DNA of 64,000 nucleotides, from the NCBI GenBank assembly GCA_963708025.1, contig CAVPSB010000016.1, forward strand, positions 320,001-384,000, read 5' to 3'. The DNA is from an uncultured Candidatus Rokubacteria bacterium (lineage in GTDB: Bacteria; Methylomirabilota; Methylomirabilia; Rokubacteriales; DASRDR01). How positions within the stretch are numbered: the first letter of the stretch is position 1; every line of letters starts with the position of its first letter. The translations under genes were made by a program, and so were the position numbers. Shown here one piece after another: positions 12,722 to 22,240 of the stretch. The notes beneath the pieces are model-generated. The model was not told the DNA's origin, ran no database searches, and saw only the letters and a program-made list of their open reading frames with translations.

Positions 12722-13558
12722 GCCCAGATCGAAGCGCGCCCCCTCGGCCGCGGGCGTCACCGGGAACCCGGGCCGCAGGTCCCCGACGGCCGCGCTCACC
12801 GCCGCCTCGAGCCCGGCGTCGCCGCGGCTGGGATCGTGATGGAAGGGTAGGAGGTGCTTGACCCCGGCCAGCCGGGCGAAGGCCAGGGCATCGTGGATCG
12901 AGCTGTGCCCCCAGCCGACGTGACCCGGGTACTCCTCGCGGGTGTACTGAGCGTCGTGAATCAGCAAGTCCGCTCCCCCCGCGAGCTCGAAGCCGGAGGT
13001 CCACTCCGGCTCGAGGGGAAAGCGCCGCGCGCCGAGCGCGGGCTCGTGGTCGGGGAGGTAGGCGAGCGAGGCCCGTCCCGTCTCGATCCGGTAGCCCACG
13101 GTGGGGCCGGGATGGCACACACGCGCTACGGTGACGCCGAACGGGCCGATCGCCACCCGCCCGCGCAGCACCGGGTGCAGCTCGAGCCGGCAGGGCAGGT
13201 CACCGAGCGGCACCGGGAACAGCGGTGAGGACAGGTAGCGCCGGAGCCGGGCCTCCAGGTCGAGCGTGGCGCTGGCGGGTCCCCATATGTGAACCTCCAT
13301 TCGGGGGTCGTAGAGCGGACCGAAGAACCCCAGTCCGACGATGTGGTCCAGGTGCAGGTGGGTCAGGAGCACGTCCACCCGGCGCAGCGCCCGGGGGAGC
13401 TCCAGCCCCAGCGTCCGGACACCCGTCCCCGCATCGAGCACGAGGACGCTCCCGTCCGGCCCGGTCACGCGCACACACGACGTGTTGCCTCCGTAGCGGG
13501 TCGTCGACGGGCCCGGCGTCGCCAGCGAGCCCCGCACCCCGTAGAAGGTGACGATCAT
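12719..13558 (-). CDS. MBL-fold metallo-hydrolase
   Basis: [34 protein letters not shown]. Confidence 0.92.
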   Translation of the reverse strand: MIVTFYGVRGSLATPGPSTTRYGGNTSCVRVTGPDGSVLVLDAGTGVRTLGLELPRALRRVDVLLTHLHLDHIVGLGFFGPLYDPRMEVHIWGPASATLDLEARLRRYLSSPLFPVPLGDLPCRLELHPVLRGRVAIGPFGVTVARVCHPGPTVGYRIETGRASLAYLPDHEPALGARRFPLEPEWTSGFELAGGADLLIHDAQYTREEYPGHVGWGHSSIHDALAFARLAGVKHLLPFHHDPSRGDAGLEAAVSAAVGDLRPGFPVTPAAEGARFDLG

Positions 13559-13953
13559 GTCCCGCGCCGCTCCCAGAACATCACGACCGCCCCGAGGAGG
13601 GCGTCGTCCTGGCCGATCAGCGGGAACGCCGTGATCTCGACCTGGAGCCGCACCCGGTCGCCCCGGCGCCGTAGCCAGCGCCGGGTGTGGGCGGGGCGCC
13701 GCTCCCGAAGCGCGACCAGCACCGGCAGGACCACGCCCTCGGCCGTCGCCGCCGGATCGTCGCTCATCTCGACCAGCCGGTCCGCCTCCTCCGGGCTGAT
13801 GCGCCCCGTCTCCTCGAAGCGGATCCCGAGGATCCGCTCCGCGGGCTCGTTGTAGAAGATCACGGTCTCCGTGGGGTTGACGAGGAGCACCGGCACGGAC
13901 AGGTAGCCGGCCAGCTGGCGAACCAGGATCGTCTCCACCGGCTGCTGGGCCAT
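13555..13953 (-). CDS. Stand-alone PAS domain protein
   Basis: MAQQPVETIL..VIFYNEPAERILG..GAVVMFWE; stop overlaps the MBL start. Confidence 0.8.
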   Translation of the reverse strand: MAQQPVETILVRQLAGYLSVPVLLVNPTETVIFYNEPAERILGIRFEETGRISPEEADRLVEMSDDPAATAEGVVLPVLVALRERRPAHTRRWLRRRGDRVRLQVEITAFPLIGQDDALLGAVVMFWERRGT

Positions 13954-14180
13954 CGCTCTCTCCTCGGCCGGACGATCGGCGTCGCGCTCTCGCCGACCGG
14001 CGGCCTGCTTCCGTGAGGCCTCCATCAACGACCCACCCGAGCGCGACGCGCGCGCTAGAGCGTCTCTCCAGGGTCTTCTACGCCGAGCCGGGAGCAGAAT
14101 CAAGCGGGCCACATCATCGGAGGGGACCCACTGTTCGGTCCCCGATTGGGTTACACTCATTCTCCGGTAGCAACCGAGCC

Positions 14181-14630
14181 ATGCTCTCCGCGGTCGTCTC
14201 GGCGCTGCACCTGCTGGCCCTGGCCATCGGCCTGCCCGCCGTCTTCTTCCGCGCCCGTGCCCTGAAGGGGTCGCTGGACGACCGGAACCTGGCCCGCCTC
14301 TTCGCCGCCGACAACCTCTGGGGCCTCGCCGCGCTGCTGTGGATCGCGACCGGCCTGCTGCGCGCGTTCGGTGGCCTGGAGAAGGGAACCCCCTTCTATC
14401 TCGCCTCGGCGTTGTTCTGGACGAAGATGGGCTTGTTCCTGGCGGTCGCAGCCCTCGAGATCTGGCCCATGACGACATTCATCCGCTGGCGCGGCCAGCG
14501 ACGCCGAGCCGAGCGGCTCGACACCGCGCCGGCCCGCGCCCTGTTCGTCGTCAACCACGTCCAGATGGCGCTGGTGGTGGCGATCGTGTTCGTGGCCAGC
14601 TTCATGGCCCGGGGCTTCGGGCTCCGGTAG
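14181..14630 (+). CDS. DUF2214-family membrane protein
   Basis: DNLWGLAA..GLLR..EKG..FY..FWTKMGLF..E.WP pattern. Confidence 0.8.
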   Translation: MLSAVVSALHLLALAIGLPAVFFRARALKGSLDDRNLARLFAADNLWGLAALLWIATGLLRAFGGLEKGTPFYLASALFWTKMGLFLAVAALEIWPMTTFIRWRGQRRRAERLDTAPARALFVVNHVQMALVVAIVFVASFMARGFGLR

Positions 14631-14698
14631 CGAGGGGTGCCAGGTCAAAGCAATCATCGCGGGGCCGGGACCGAGCGATGATAGTCTCTGGCGGACAC

Positions 14699-15304
14699 AT
14701 GCCCGCACTGCGGCTCTCCCTCGGCGTCATTCTCACCTCCCTGGGGGCCGCCATCCTCGTCGCGACGCCGGCGGTCGCCTTCGACGGCGACGAGGCATTC
14801 CGGAAGGGCGTCCTCGTGCTTTCGGTGGAAGCCGGGGGCGGCCATCAGGACAACCTGGTGGGCGCCGCGCTCAGCGACCTCGAGCTCACCAACGGGGGCA
14901 TGCGGCTCGGCCTGATCCCTTTCGGCCCCTGGCTCAGCGGTCCCGCCCGCGCGGCGCTCGAGGTCGGTCTCGAGCCCTTCTTCCAGCAGTACCGGAACCC
15001 GGACGCCCGCTTCGGCGGCCTCGGGCTCTTGCTCCGGTACCACTTCCTGGCTCTCGGCCGGGTGGTGCCCTACGTGGAGCTGTTCGGGGCCGCCGGCGCC
15101 TCCGACCTGAACATCCCGGAGATCGACTCGACGTTCACCCTGATGGCCCAGGGCGGGGTCGGCGCCTCCCTGTTCCTGACGGACCGGATCGCGCTCTACG
15201 CCGGCTACCGGCTCCAGCACGTGTCGAACGCTCACACGAGCCGGGCGAACCGCGGCTTCGAGGCGCACCTCGGCATCGCCGGCGTTTCCATCTTCTTCCC
15301 GTGA
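14699..15304 (+). CDS. Acyloxyacyl hydrolase / PagL-like outer-membrane beta-barrel
   Basis: Signal peptide; YRLQHVSNA H-x-S-N catalytic motif; aromatic C-terminus. Confidence 0.8.
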   Translation: MPALRLSLGVILTSLGAAILVATPAVAFDGDEAFRKGVLVLSVEAGGGHQDNLVGAALSDLELTNGGMRLGLIPFGPWLSGPARAALEVGLEPFFQQYRNPDARFGGLGLLLRYHFLALGRVVPYVELFGAAGASDLNIPEIDSTFTLMAQGGVGASLFLTDRIALYAGYRLQHVSNAHTSRANRGFEAHLGIAGVSIFFP

Positions 15305-15403
15305 GCCGTCGGCCGTAGCGCGACCACGGCGGGATCCGGGCACGGGACGGCCGGCGATCCCGATCGCCGCCGGCGTCGCCGCGAGGCCCGGAGACTCATC
15401 AGG

Positions 15404-15540
15404 TGAGAGCCCGTAAAGGAATGGGTCCTCCGACTCCCCCCTCCCCCCGGCCAAGGGCCGGAGGCCGTCCATGGGTGGGGGAGGAGGGTCAAAGGCCGAA
15501 GGCCGTCGACGAATCGGGTGGGCGGGAGGTCCCGAACTGA
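15404..15540 (+). mobile_element. Intergenic element family B, inserted in the apparent original lnt start codon
   Basis: TGA at 15404-06 and 15538-40; left end GAGCCCGTAAAGGAATGGG, right end GGGAGGTCCCGAAC. Confidence 0.78.
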
Positions 15541-17174
15541 GGCGCCTGCTGGGCCAGGTGCTCGAGGAGGCGCGGGCGCGCCCGCGGGCCTTCGCGGCCG
15601 CGGCGGTCTCCGGCGCGCTGCTCGCGACGCCCACCCTCTTCCCCTGGTGCTGGCCGCTCGCGTTCGTCGCCCTCGTCCCCTACCTCGACGCCTTCCGTCC
15701 GTTCACCCGCGACGGCCGGAGGCGGACCGGCGTGCTGCTCACGCTGACCATGGCGGTGGTCTGGTACACGAGCAGCGGTTACTGGCTGTTCTCGCTGGTG
15801 CGCTACCACTGGACGGCGTGGCTAGCGGCGCTCGTCATCATCGGCCTGGGGCTGAGCGAGGTCGTCCTGCTCCCGCTCTCGGTCCGCTTCGTCCACCGCC
15901 GCCTGGGCGTGGCGCCGGCGCTCTCGATCCCGTTCGCCTGGATCACCATGGAACGCCTGCGCTGGCTCGGCGACCTCTACTTCCCCTGGTTCGACCTCGG
16001 CTACGACCTGGCCTCGGTCCCGCTCCTGGTCCAGTTCGCCGACGTTCTCGGCGTGTCCGGAGTCGGCTTCTGGATCGTGACGGTGAACGTGTGCATCGCC
16101 GAGCTCTGGGCGCATCCATCAGACCCGCGGCGGAGGCTCGTCCGGGCGGCCGCGCTCGCCGTTGCGGTGGGGCTTCCCCTGCCCTACGACTTCGTCGCCT
16201 GGGCCCGCCACGACCCGGCCCGGGGGGAGGCCGCTCGCACGCGGGTCGCCCTCGTCCAGCCGAACATCCCGCAGCAGCTCAAGTGGGACACCGCCACGCG
16301 ACAGGAGGTGGTCACGAAGGTGCGCGCGGTGACCGAGGCGGCGGCTGCCTCCCGCCCCGATCTGCTGGTTCTCCCCGAGTCGGCGGTCCCGCTCCTTCTC
16401 CGCACCGACGGGACCCAGCTGTACACGACGGACATGACCTCGGTGGCGCGGGTCGTCGGCGACCCGGGGGTGCCGCTCCTGGCGGGCGCCTTGACCGTCG
16501 AAGGGCGGTGGCCGGCGTTCCAGTTCACCAACTCGGCCTTCCTCTACGATTCCGGCGGGACGCAGGTCGGCCGCTACGACAAGACCCGCCTGGTGCCGAT
16601 CGTGGAGGCGCTGCCCCACCCGCGCCTCCTGGGCTGGGTGACCTGGCTCGCCAGCACGGCCGTCGTCTCGCGCTGGCTGTCCGCCTACGTCGGCCTCGGG
16701 TTCGCGAGCCTGCGCCCCGGCCAGGAGCCGGCCGTGATCCGGCTCGACGGGCTCCCGCCCCTCGGCGTCCTCATCTGCTACGAGTCCATCTTCCCCGACA
16801 TCGCGCGAGAGGAGCGGCGGCAAGGGGCGCGTCTCCTCGTGAGCATCTCCGACGACGCCTGGTTCGGCGAGACCGCCGCCCCCTACCAGCACGCCGCCTT
16901 CCTCGCGTTGCGCGCGGTCGAGAACCGGATCTGGGTCGTCCGCGCCGCCAACACCGGGATCTCCGCCGTCTACGACCCGCGCGGCACGGTGGTCGCCCGC
17001 ACTCGCCTCGGGACCCGGGACGTCCTCAGGTCCGAGGCGGCCCCCGCCGGCCCGCCGCCGCCGTTCACGCGCATGCGCTGGGACCCGACGGTGACGCTCT
17101 GCTTGGTCGTCACCGCCGGACTCGTCGGCACGGCGTGGCTCGCCGGCGCGCGGCGCCGCCGCCCTGATGGCTGA
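15537..17174 (+). CDS. lnt: Apolipoprotein N-acyltransferase; start uncertain (CTG 15537 or GTG 15558)
   Basis: TM N-half, VQPNIPQ, LPESA, YDKTRLVP, LICYESIFP, RAVENR, RAANTGIS. Confidence 0.92.
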   Translation: MRRLLGQVLEEARARPRAFAAAAVSGALLATPTLFPWCWPLAFVALVPYLDAFRPFTRDGRRRTGVLLTLTMAVVWYTSSGYWLFSLVRYHWTAWLAALVIIGLGLSEVVLLPLSVRFVHRRLGVAPALSIPFAWITMERLRWLGDLYFPWFDLGYDLASVPLLVQFADVLGVSGVGFWIVTVNVCIAELWAHPSDPRRRLVRAAALAVAVGLPLPYDFVAWARHDPARGEAARTRVALVQPNIPQQLKWDTATRQEVVTKVRAVTEAAAASRPDLLVLPESAVPLLLRTDGTQLYTTDMTSVARVVGDPGVPLLAGALTVEGRWPAFQFTNSAFLYDSGGTQVGRYDKTRLVPIVEALPHPRLLGWVTWLASTAVVSRWLSAYVGLGFASLRPGQEPAVIRLDGLPPLGVLICYESIFPDIAREERRQGARLLVSISDDAWFGETAAPYQHAAFLALRAVENRIWVVRAANTGISAVYDPRGTVVARTRLGTRDVLRSEAAPAGPPPPFTRMRWDPTVTLCLVVTAGLVGTAWLAGARRRRPDG

Positions 17175-17259
17175 GTTGCCAACGGCCCCCGCTCCCTCCG
17201 CCCGTCGGCTTCTCGCAGCCCACTGACTCCGGCGCGCGGCCGTGGCGTTCCGCTTCGAG

Positions 17260-17345
17260 CCGCGGCCCAAAGGCCGAAGGCCGTCCCACAGGCGCGGCCT
17301 CCGAGGGGGGGCATCGGGGGGCTCTTCCGAGACCCCCCCGAAGAC
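17260..17345. repeat. Intergenic hairpin cluster between convergent genes
   Basis: AAAGGCCGAAGGCCGTC module plus TCGGGGGGCTC-TTCC-GAGACCCCCCCGA stem-loop. Confidence 0.55.
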
Positions 17346-17347
17346 CT

Positions 17348-18904
17348 TCAGGTGGCCGCCGCGACCGGGGCGGTGGGAGCCGGCGCCACCCGGTGCGGCG
17401 GTCGGCTCCGCTCCAGCACGGGAGATCGGTCGGCCCGCGGGACGAGGGCGGCGTACCGGCCGAGCAGCCGCTCGTACTCCCGGTGGTAGAACTCGGGCAG
17501 CACCGCCGTGTCGCCGTCGTGGAAGGCCCGGAATTGCGGGTCCTCGACGAGCATCGCGAGGATCCGGCGGAAGGCCCGCATCTCGTGACGCCTGGCGCCG
17601 GTCCGGACCGCGTGGACCAGCCGCGGCAGCAGGTGGCGGGTGGTCCTCAGGCGCCGGAAGAGCAGCCGGGCCGACGCGAGATGCTCGAACAGCTCGAGGA
17701 GCTTCCGGTAGTAGGTCTCGGCGCTGTAGTGCTTGAGCCGGGTCACCAGGTACGGCGCGTAGTAGAAGCTGAACGGCATCGAGGTCAGGATCCGCTCCTC
17801 GTCGAGGTACTGGTCGTAGAGCGGGGTGCCGCCGAACGGATGCGGGATGTTGATCGCCGGCCAGACGAACGGGGTGCGGGTCATGAACTCCTTGGTCAGC
17901 GTGACCGGCTCCTCGCCCGCGTCGACGTCGAGCCCGAACATGAAGTTCGCCTGGAGGTACGGCACGTGCTCGTGTAGGAGCTCGAACTGCTCCACCACCC
18001 GAGCGACCTTCTCGATCCCCGTCGCCTTGCCCACCCCGGCCTTGTTGGAATAGGCGCCCCAGGCCTCCACCCCCGGGACGACCGCGACGCACCCCGTCCG
18101 GCCCAGCCGCCGGACCCGCGGCTCGCGCAGCACGGTCAGTGACGTCTCGACGATGTAGGGGTTCCGCGGCCGCCCGGGCACCGCTTCGATCACGTCCAGC
18201 GTCTCGTCGAACTTCACCGCGAAGTTGGGATCGTGGTAGGCGACCAGGGAGCCGGGCAGGTGCCGGGCCACGTAGGCGAGGTCAGTCGCCAGCTGTTCGG
18301 TGGACAGGAGCCGGTACGGAGCGTTCCAGTCGATGCAGAAGTCGCAGTCGTACGGGCAGCCGATGCTGGCGAGGAGCGGGACCGTGGTGGCGAAGTACCG
18401 GCGTCCCGCCAGGAACGCGGAGGCGCGGATCTCGGGCATCCGCTCCTCGACCGTGGGCAGCTTCTCGAACGGCCGCGCGCTGGAGACCATCGAGCCGGGG
18501 TCGTGGGTCCCCTTCAGGATGTCGGCGATCAGCGATTCGTCGCACTCCTTCACCACGACGTCGAAGAAGCGCAGACAGTCCCGCGGGAACGACTTCGCGT
18601 GCGGTCCGCCGATGACGGTCCGTGTCCCCCGCTGCCGGTAGAGACGGGCGAGCGCGTACGCCAGCGCGCTGGCCTGCGTGTACGACGACAGGAAGACCAC
18701 GTCGAGGTCGTCGGGAAGCAGCTTCTCGGGCGCGCCGAGCCCGTAGTAGATGGCATAGAAGACGCGATGGCCCAGCCGTCGGGCCCAGGTCGCGATGGCC
18801 TGCGGCGTGACCGAGGCGTACTGCCGGACCATGAGGAGGTCGTACTCCGTCTCGAGCCAGCCCTGTGAGGGTGTGGCCAGCAGCTCGAGGATGCCGATGC
18901 GCAC
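17348..18904 (-). CDS. Cobalamin-binding radical SAM protein
   Basis: N-terminal B12-binding-like domain (VIGGPHA) and GCPYDCDFC motif. Confidence 0.88.
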   Translation of the reverse strand: MRIGILELLATPSQGWLETEYDLLMVRQYASVTPQAIATWARRLGHRVFYAIYYGLGAPEKLLPDDLDVVFLSSYTQASALAYALARLYRQRGTRTVIGGPHAKSFPRDCLRFFDVVVKECDESLIADILKGTHDPGSMVSSARPFEKLPTVEERMPEIRASAFLAGRRYFATTVPLLASIGCPYDCDFCIDWNAPYRLLSTEQLATDLAYVARHLPGSLVAYHDPNFAVKFDETLDVIEAVPGRPRNPYIVETSLTVLREPRVRRLGRTGCVAVVPGVEAWGAYSNKAGVGKATGIEKVARVVEQFELLHEHVPYLQANFMFGLDVDAGEEPVTLTKEFMTRTPFVWPAINIPHPFGGTPLYDQYLDEERILTSMPFSFYYAPYLVTRLKHYSAETYYRKLLELFEHLASARLLFRRLRTTRHLLPRLVHAVRTGARRHEMRAFRRILAMLVEDPQFRAFHDGDTAVLPEFYHREYERLLGRYAALVPRADRSPVLERSRPPHRVAPAPTAPVAAAT

Positions 18905-18928
18905 CTGGACCTCGCCCGGGAGGCCGCG

Positions 18929-19035
18929 CTAGTGCCGTTCCAACTTGTTCCAGCTACTGCTTTCGAGGAATGCGGCAAGTCCGTGCTTCAAGAATCGCTT
19001 GCCCATTTGGGCCCAGGTAGTTGGAACGGCACTAG
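18929..19035. mobile_element. MITE family C, copy 1
   Basis: Perfect terminal inverted repeat CTAGTGCCGTTCCAACT / AGTTGGAACGGCACTAG; second copy at 53268-53359. Confidence 0.85.
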
Positions 19036-21245
19036 CGGGCGAGCGCGATCTCGACGAAGCAGGTGTTGAACGAAGCGGCGCCGGCCGGGGAGGCGCGATC
19101 CTCGGTGAGCACGTTCGCGCACCCGCGCGTATCCTGGCCACTCTCGTCCAGCGTGAACCACGCGCCCTCCTTGATGGAGACCACGCCGGGCGCGATGCGG
19201 TCGGTCACGCGGGCCGGGAGGACGGTCCGGCCCCGGTCGTTGAAGACGCACACCCGCTCGCCGTCGACGATGCCACGGGTGGCGGCGTCGTCCGGGTGGA
19301 TCCAGACGTCGTCGCGGTCGGCGCGGGCCAGGATCGGCTGGTTGTCGTGGATCGAGTGGGTCCGCGCCCGGGACTTCGGCGTGACGAGCCGCAGGGGATG
19401 GCGCGCGTCCGGCTCGTCCGGGATCCAGGTCGGAATGGGCGGGATCGGCCCCAGCCCGTAGGGATCCGGCTCGGCGGCCAGGCGCATCGAGTAGATCTCG
19501 ATCTTGCCCGACGGCGTCGAGAACGGGTGCCGCTCGGGGTCGCGGATCTGCCGGGCGAAGGCCACCGCGTCCTCGGGCGCCGGCAGCCGGGCCAGGCCCC
19601 GGGTCCGGAACGTCTCGAAGTCGTCGATCACGTCGCCGGTCAGCTCGCGCAGCCACGCCTCCTCGGTCTTGTCGTTGTAGCCCTCGAGGCCGAGCCGGCG
19701 CGCCAGCTCGCCGCAGATGTCGAGGTCGTTCCGGCATTCGCCCATGGGCTCGATGGCCTGCTGCATGAAGATGACGTAGTGCCCGGCGCCGGCCCACGGG
19801 GTGTGGACGTCGTTGCGCTCCCAGAACGTGGTGGCCGGCAGCAGGATGTCGGCGTACCGCGCCGTCGGCGTCACGAAGTGGTCGTGCGCCACCATGAATT
19901 CGAGGTGCTGGGCGGCGGCGATGGTCTTGTTGACGTTGGGGAGCTGGTTGAAGAGATCGCCGGCGGCCGAGTAGATCATCTTGATGTCGGCCGGGTAACC
20001 GCCCGCCTTCCCGCGCGTCAAGAGGTCGGCCAGGAGCGGGGAGGCCACCCGCGCGCCGGCCGGGTTCGGTCCCGCCGGCAGGCTCTTGATCCCGCAGCGG
20101 CCCGTCGCGCCGTTGCTGACGCCCGTGTTGCCGCCGGGGAGGCCGACGCTGCCCGTGATCGCGGTCAGCGCGTAGGCCGCCCGATGGAACTGCTCCCCGT
20201 GCAGGGTGCGCCCCGGCGCGTAGCCGCACTGCAGGGCGGCCGGCCTGGTGGTGGCGAGCTCGATCGCCAGGCGCCGGAGGGTGGCCGCGGGGAGGCCGGT
20301 GATCGCGGCCGCCCACGCCGGCGTCTTCGCCACGCCATCCGAGAGCCCGAGAAGATAGGAGCGGTACGACGCGCCCGCCGGCGCCCCCGGTGGCAGGTGC
20401 GCCTCGTCGAAGCCGAGGACGTGACGGTCCAGGAAAGCCTGGTCGTGGAGCCCCTCGGTCACGATGACGTGGGCCATCGCGATGAGGGCGGCGGCGTCCG
20501 TCGAGGGCCGGATGAAGACGTGCTCGTCGGCCAGCTCCCAGCTCGACCGCGTCCGGCGGGGATCCACGCAGACGATCCGCGCGCCGTGCTTCCTGGCCCA
20601 CTTCAGGTACTGGACCGTCCCGGTGCCGAAGGTCCCGTCGCCCGGGCTCCAGCCCCACATGACGATGAGCCGCGAGTTGACGTAGTCGGTCGGCTCCCGC
20701 CCCGCGCACTTGTAGTCCGCGGTGACACCGTAGGTCTGGCGCACGGCGAACACCTCGGCCTCGGCCGAGATGTTCGTCCACAGCTCCGTGCAGCCCCCGA
20801 ACATGTGGAGCAGCCGCTGAACGGTTGCCCGGCCGCCGTGGAGCATGGAGAGGCTGCCCGTCCGCGAGCAGTCGAGGATGGCGGCGGGCCCGTGGGCCTC
20901 GCGGATGCGCCGCATCTGGCGCGCCACCTCGTCCAGGGCCTCGTCCCAGCCGATCCGCTCAAACTGCCCGGAGCCGCGCGGTCCCGTCCGGCGCAGCGGA
21001 TGGAGGAGCCGGTCCGGATGGTTGACCCGCTCGAGCTGGCCGAAGCCCCGCACGCAGGCGTGGAGCGGGGGCATCTCGGGCGTCCACCGGCGGGGATCCG
21101 TGCTGATCTTGACGATGCGCCCGTCGGACACGTGCGCGTTGACCACGCACCGGCCTCCACAGTTGTGGCCGCACGTGCTCGTGACGACGGTCTCACCCGG
21201 CTTCGCCGCGACGCGCGGCGCCTCGTACAGGATGGACCTGAGCAT
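19032..21245 (-). CDS. Molybdopterin oxidoreductase, DmsA-like catalytic subunit
   Basis: CGHNCGGRC..C Fe-S motif, RLLHPLRR, WDEALD, ADILLPATT, RTHS, C-terminal dinucleotide-binding domain. Confidence 0.92.
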   Translation of the reverse strand: MLRSILYEAPRVAAKPGETVVTSTCGHNCGGRCVVNAHVSDGRIVKISTDPRRWTPEMPPLHACVRGFGQLERVNHPDRLLHPLRRTGPRGSGQFERIGWDEALDEVARQMRRIREAHGPAAILDCSRTGSLSMLHGGRATVQRLLHMFGGCTELWTNISAEAEVFAVRQTYGVTADYKCAGREPTDYVNSRLIVMWGWSPGDGTFGTGTVQYLKWARKHGARIVCVDPRRTRSSWELADEHVFIRPSTDAAALIAMAHVIVTEGLHDQAFLDRHVLGFDEAHLPPGAPAGASYRSYLLGLSDGVAKTPAWAAAITGLPAATLRRLAIELATTRPAALQCGYAPGRTLHGEQFHRAAYALTAITGSVGLPGGNTGVSNGATGRCGIKSLPAGPNPAGARVASPLLADLLTRGKAGGYPADIKMIYSAAGDLFNQLPNVNKTIAAAQHLEFMVAHDHFVTPTARYADILLPATTFWERNDVHTPWAGAGHYVIFMQQAIEPMGECRNDLDICGELARRLGLEGYNDKTEEAWLRELTGDVIDDFETFRTRGLARLPAPEDAVAFARQIRDPERHPFSTPSGKIEIYSMRLAAEPDPYGLGPIPPIPTWIPDEPDARHPLRLVTPKSRARTHSIHDNQPILARADRDDVWIHPDDAATRGIVDGERVCVFNDRGRTVLPARVTDRIAPGVVSIKEGAWFTLDESGQDTRGCANVLTEDRASPAGAASFNTCFVEIALAR

Positions 21246-21366
21246 GAGCGGCGTCAGGATAGCATAGCCGCGGCCCCCGGCAGGGAGATGGGCTGCCCCG
21301 CCGGCTTCTCGAACGGAGCGCGCTCGGGAGGCACGGGAACGCGACGGCCGTCGGGCGTGGGCCCCC

Positions 21367-21837
21367 TCAACGGCCCGGCGTGATCGCTCGCTCGAGGGCG
21401 ACGCTCGCCTCGTCGGCGAATTGCCCGAGCCGGCGGAGATCCTCTTCGTCGTAGCGGCGGCCGGCGCCGTCGAGGAGCCCCAGGGCTCCCTGGACGACGC
21501 CGCCCACCCGGAGCGGCGCGGCCGCCACGACGCGAAGCCCCTCACGCTCCAATCGGTCCCGCAGCCACGTGGCGATCGGGACCCGGGGGTCGGCCGGGAG
21601 ATCGGCCGACCACACCGGCCGGCCCTCGGCCACCGCGCGCCCGGCCATCCCGACCCCGGCGGGGAGCGTGCGGCCCAGCCAGCCTTCGGCGCCACCCTCG
21701 CCCGCCGACGCGATGCAGGTCAGGCCGTCCGCGCCCGCCTCCCGCCAGAAGAGGGCGGCTCGCCGCACCCCGAACCGCTCGCGCGCGGCGCTGGCGGCTC
21801 GCGCGGCCGCCGTCGCGAGATGAGGTGACGGACCCAT
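21367..21837 (-). CDS. Stand-alone GAF domain protein
   Basis: GVGMAGRAVAEGRPVWSADL, AAPLRVGGVVQGAL, FADEASVALE. Confidence 0.8.
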   Translation of the reverse strand: MGPSPHLATAAARAASAARERFGVRRAALFWREAGADGLTCIASAGEGGAEGWLGRTLPAGVGMAGRAVAEGRPVWSADLPADPRVPIATWLRDRLEREGLRVVAAAPLRVGGVVQGALGLLDGAGRRYDEEDLRRLGQFADEASVALERAITPGR

Positions 21838-21840
21838 CGG

Positions 21841-22067
21841 TTACGGGCTCGCGGCGCCGGCGTCGGGGCAGTGGCAGCCGTCCGGCACCGCGAAGCCGCG
21901 GGCCTCGCGCTGGGGCACGGCGCTGCGCGAGGGCCGGCCGTCGTGGACGATCCGTCCCCCGACCATGGTCAGGAGCATCTTCGCGTCCTTCACCTCGGTC
22001 GGCGAGGCGTCACCATCGCCCCGGCCGCCTTCAACAGCTCCCGCCGCGACCCGCTCGTCCGGCTCAT
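21841..22067 (-). pseudogene. Internally deleted amidohydrolase remnant
   Basis: AAGGAGG RBS + MSRTSGSRRELLKAAGA joined out of frame to EVKDAKMLLTMVGGRIVHD..stop. Confidence 0.55.
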
Positions 22068-22240
22068 GGCCCCTCCTTCTCCGCCCGCATCACCGCGCTG
22101 ACTGTCTTCTACGCCCGGGCCGGCGCCCCCGTCAATCACCCCGAGAGAAAGTAGCAGGCCGGGCGGACCGGTGAGACACTGAGATACCGTGCGGACGCGC
22201 CCGGAGGAGCGGGCGGCGGCCGACGAGTCAAGGAGGCCCG

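Noticed and set aside
15471-15536. ATG 15471 as the lnt start
   Set aside because: It lies inside the inserted repeat element and encodes low-complexity sequence
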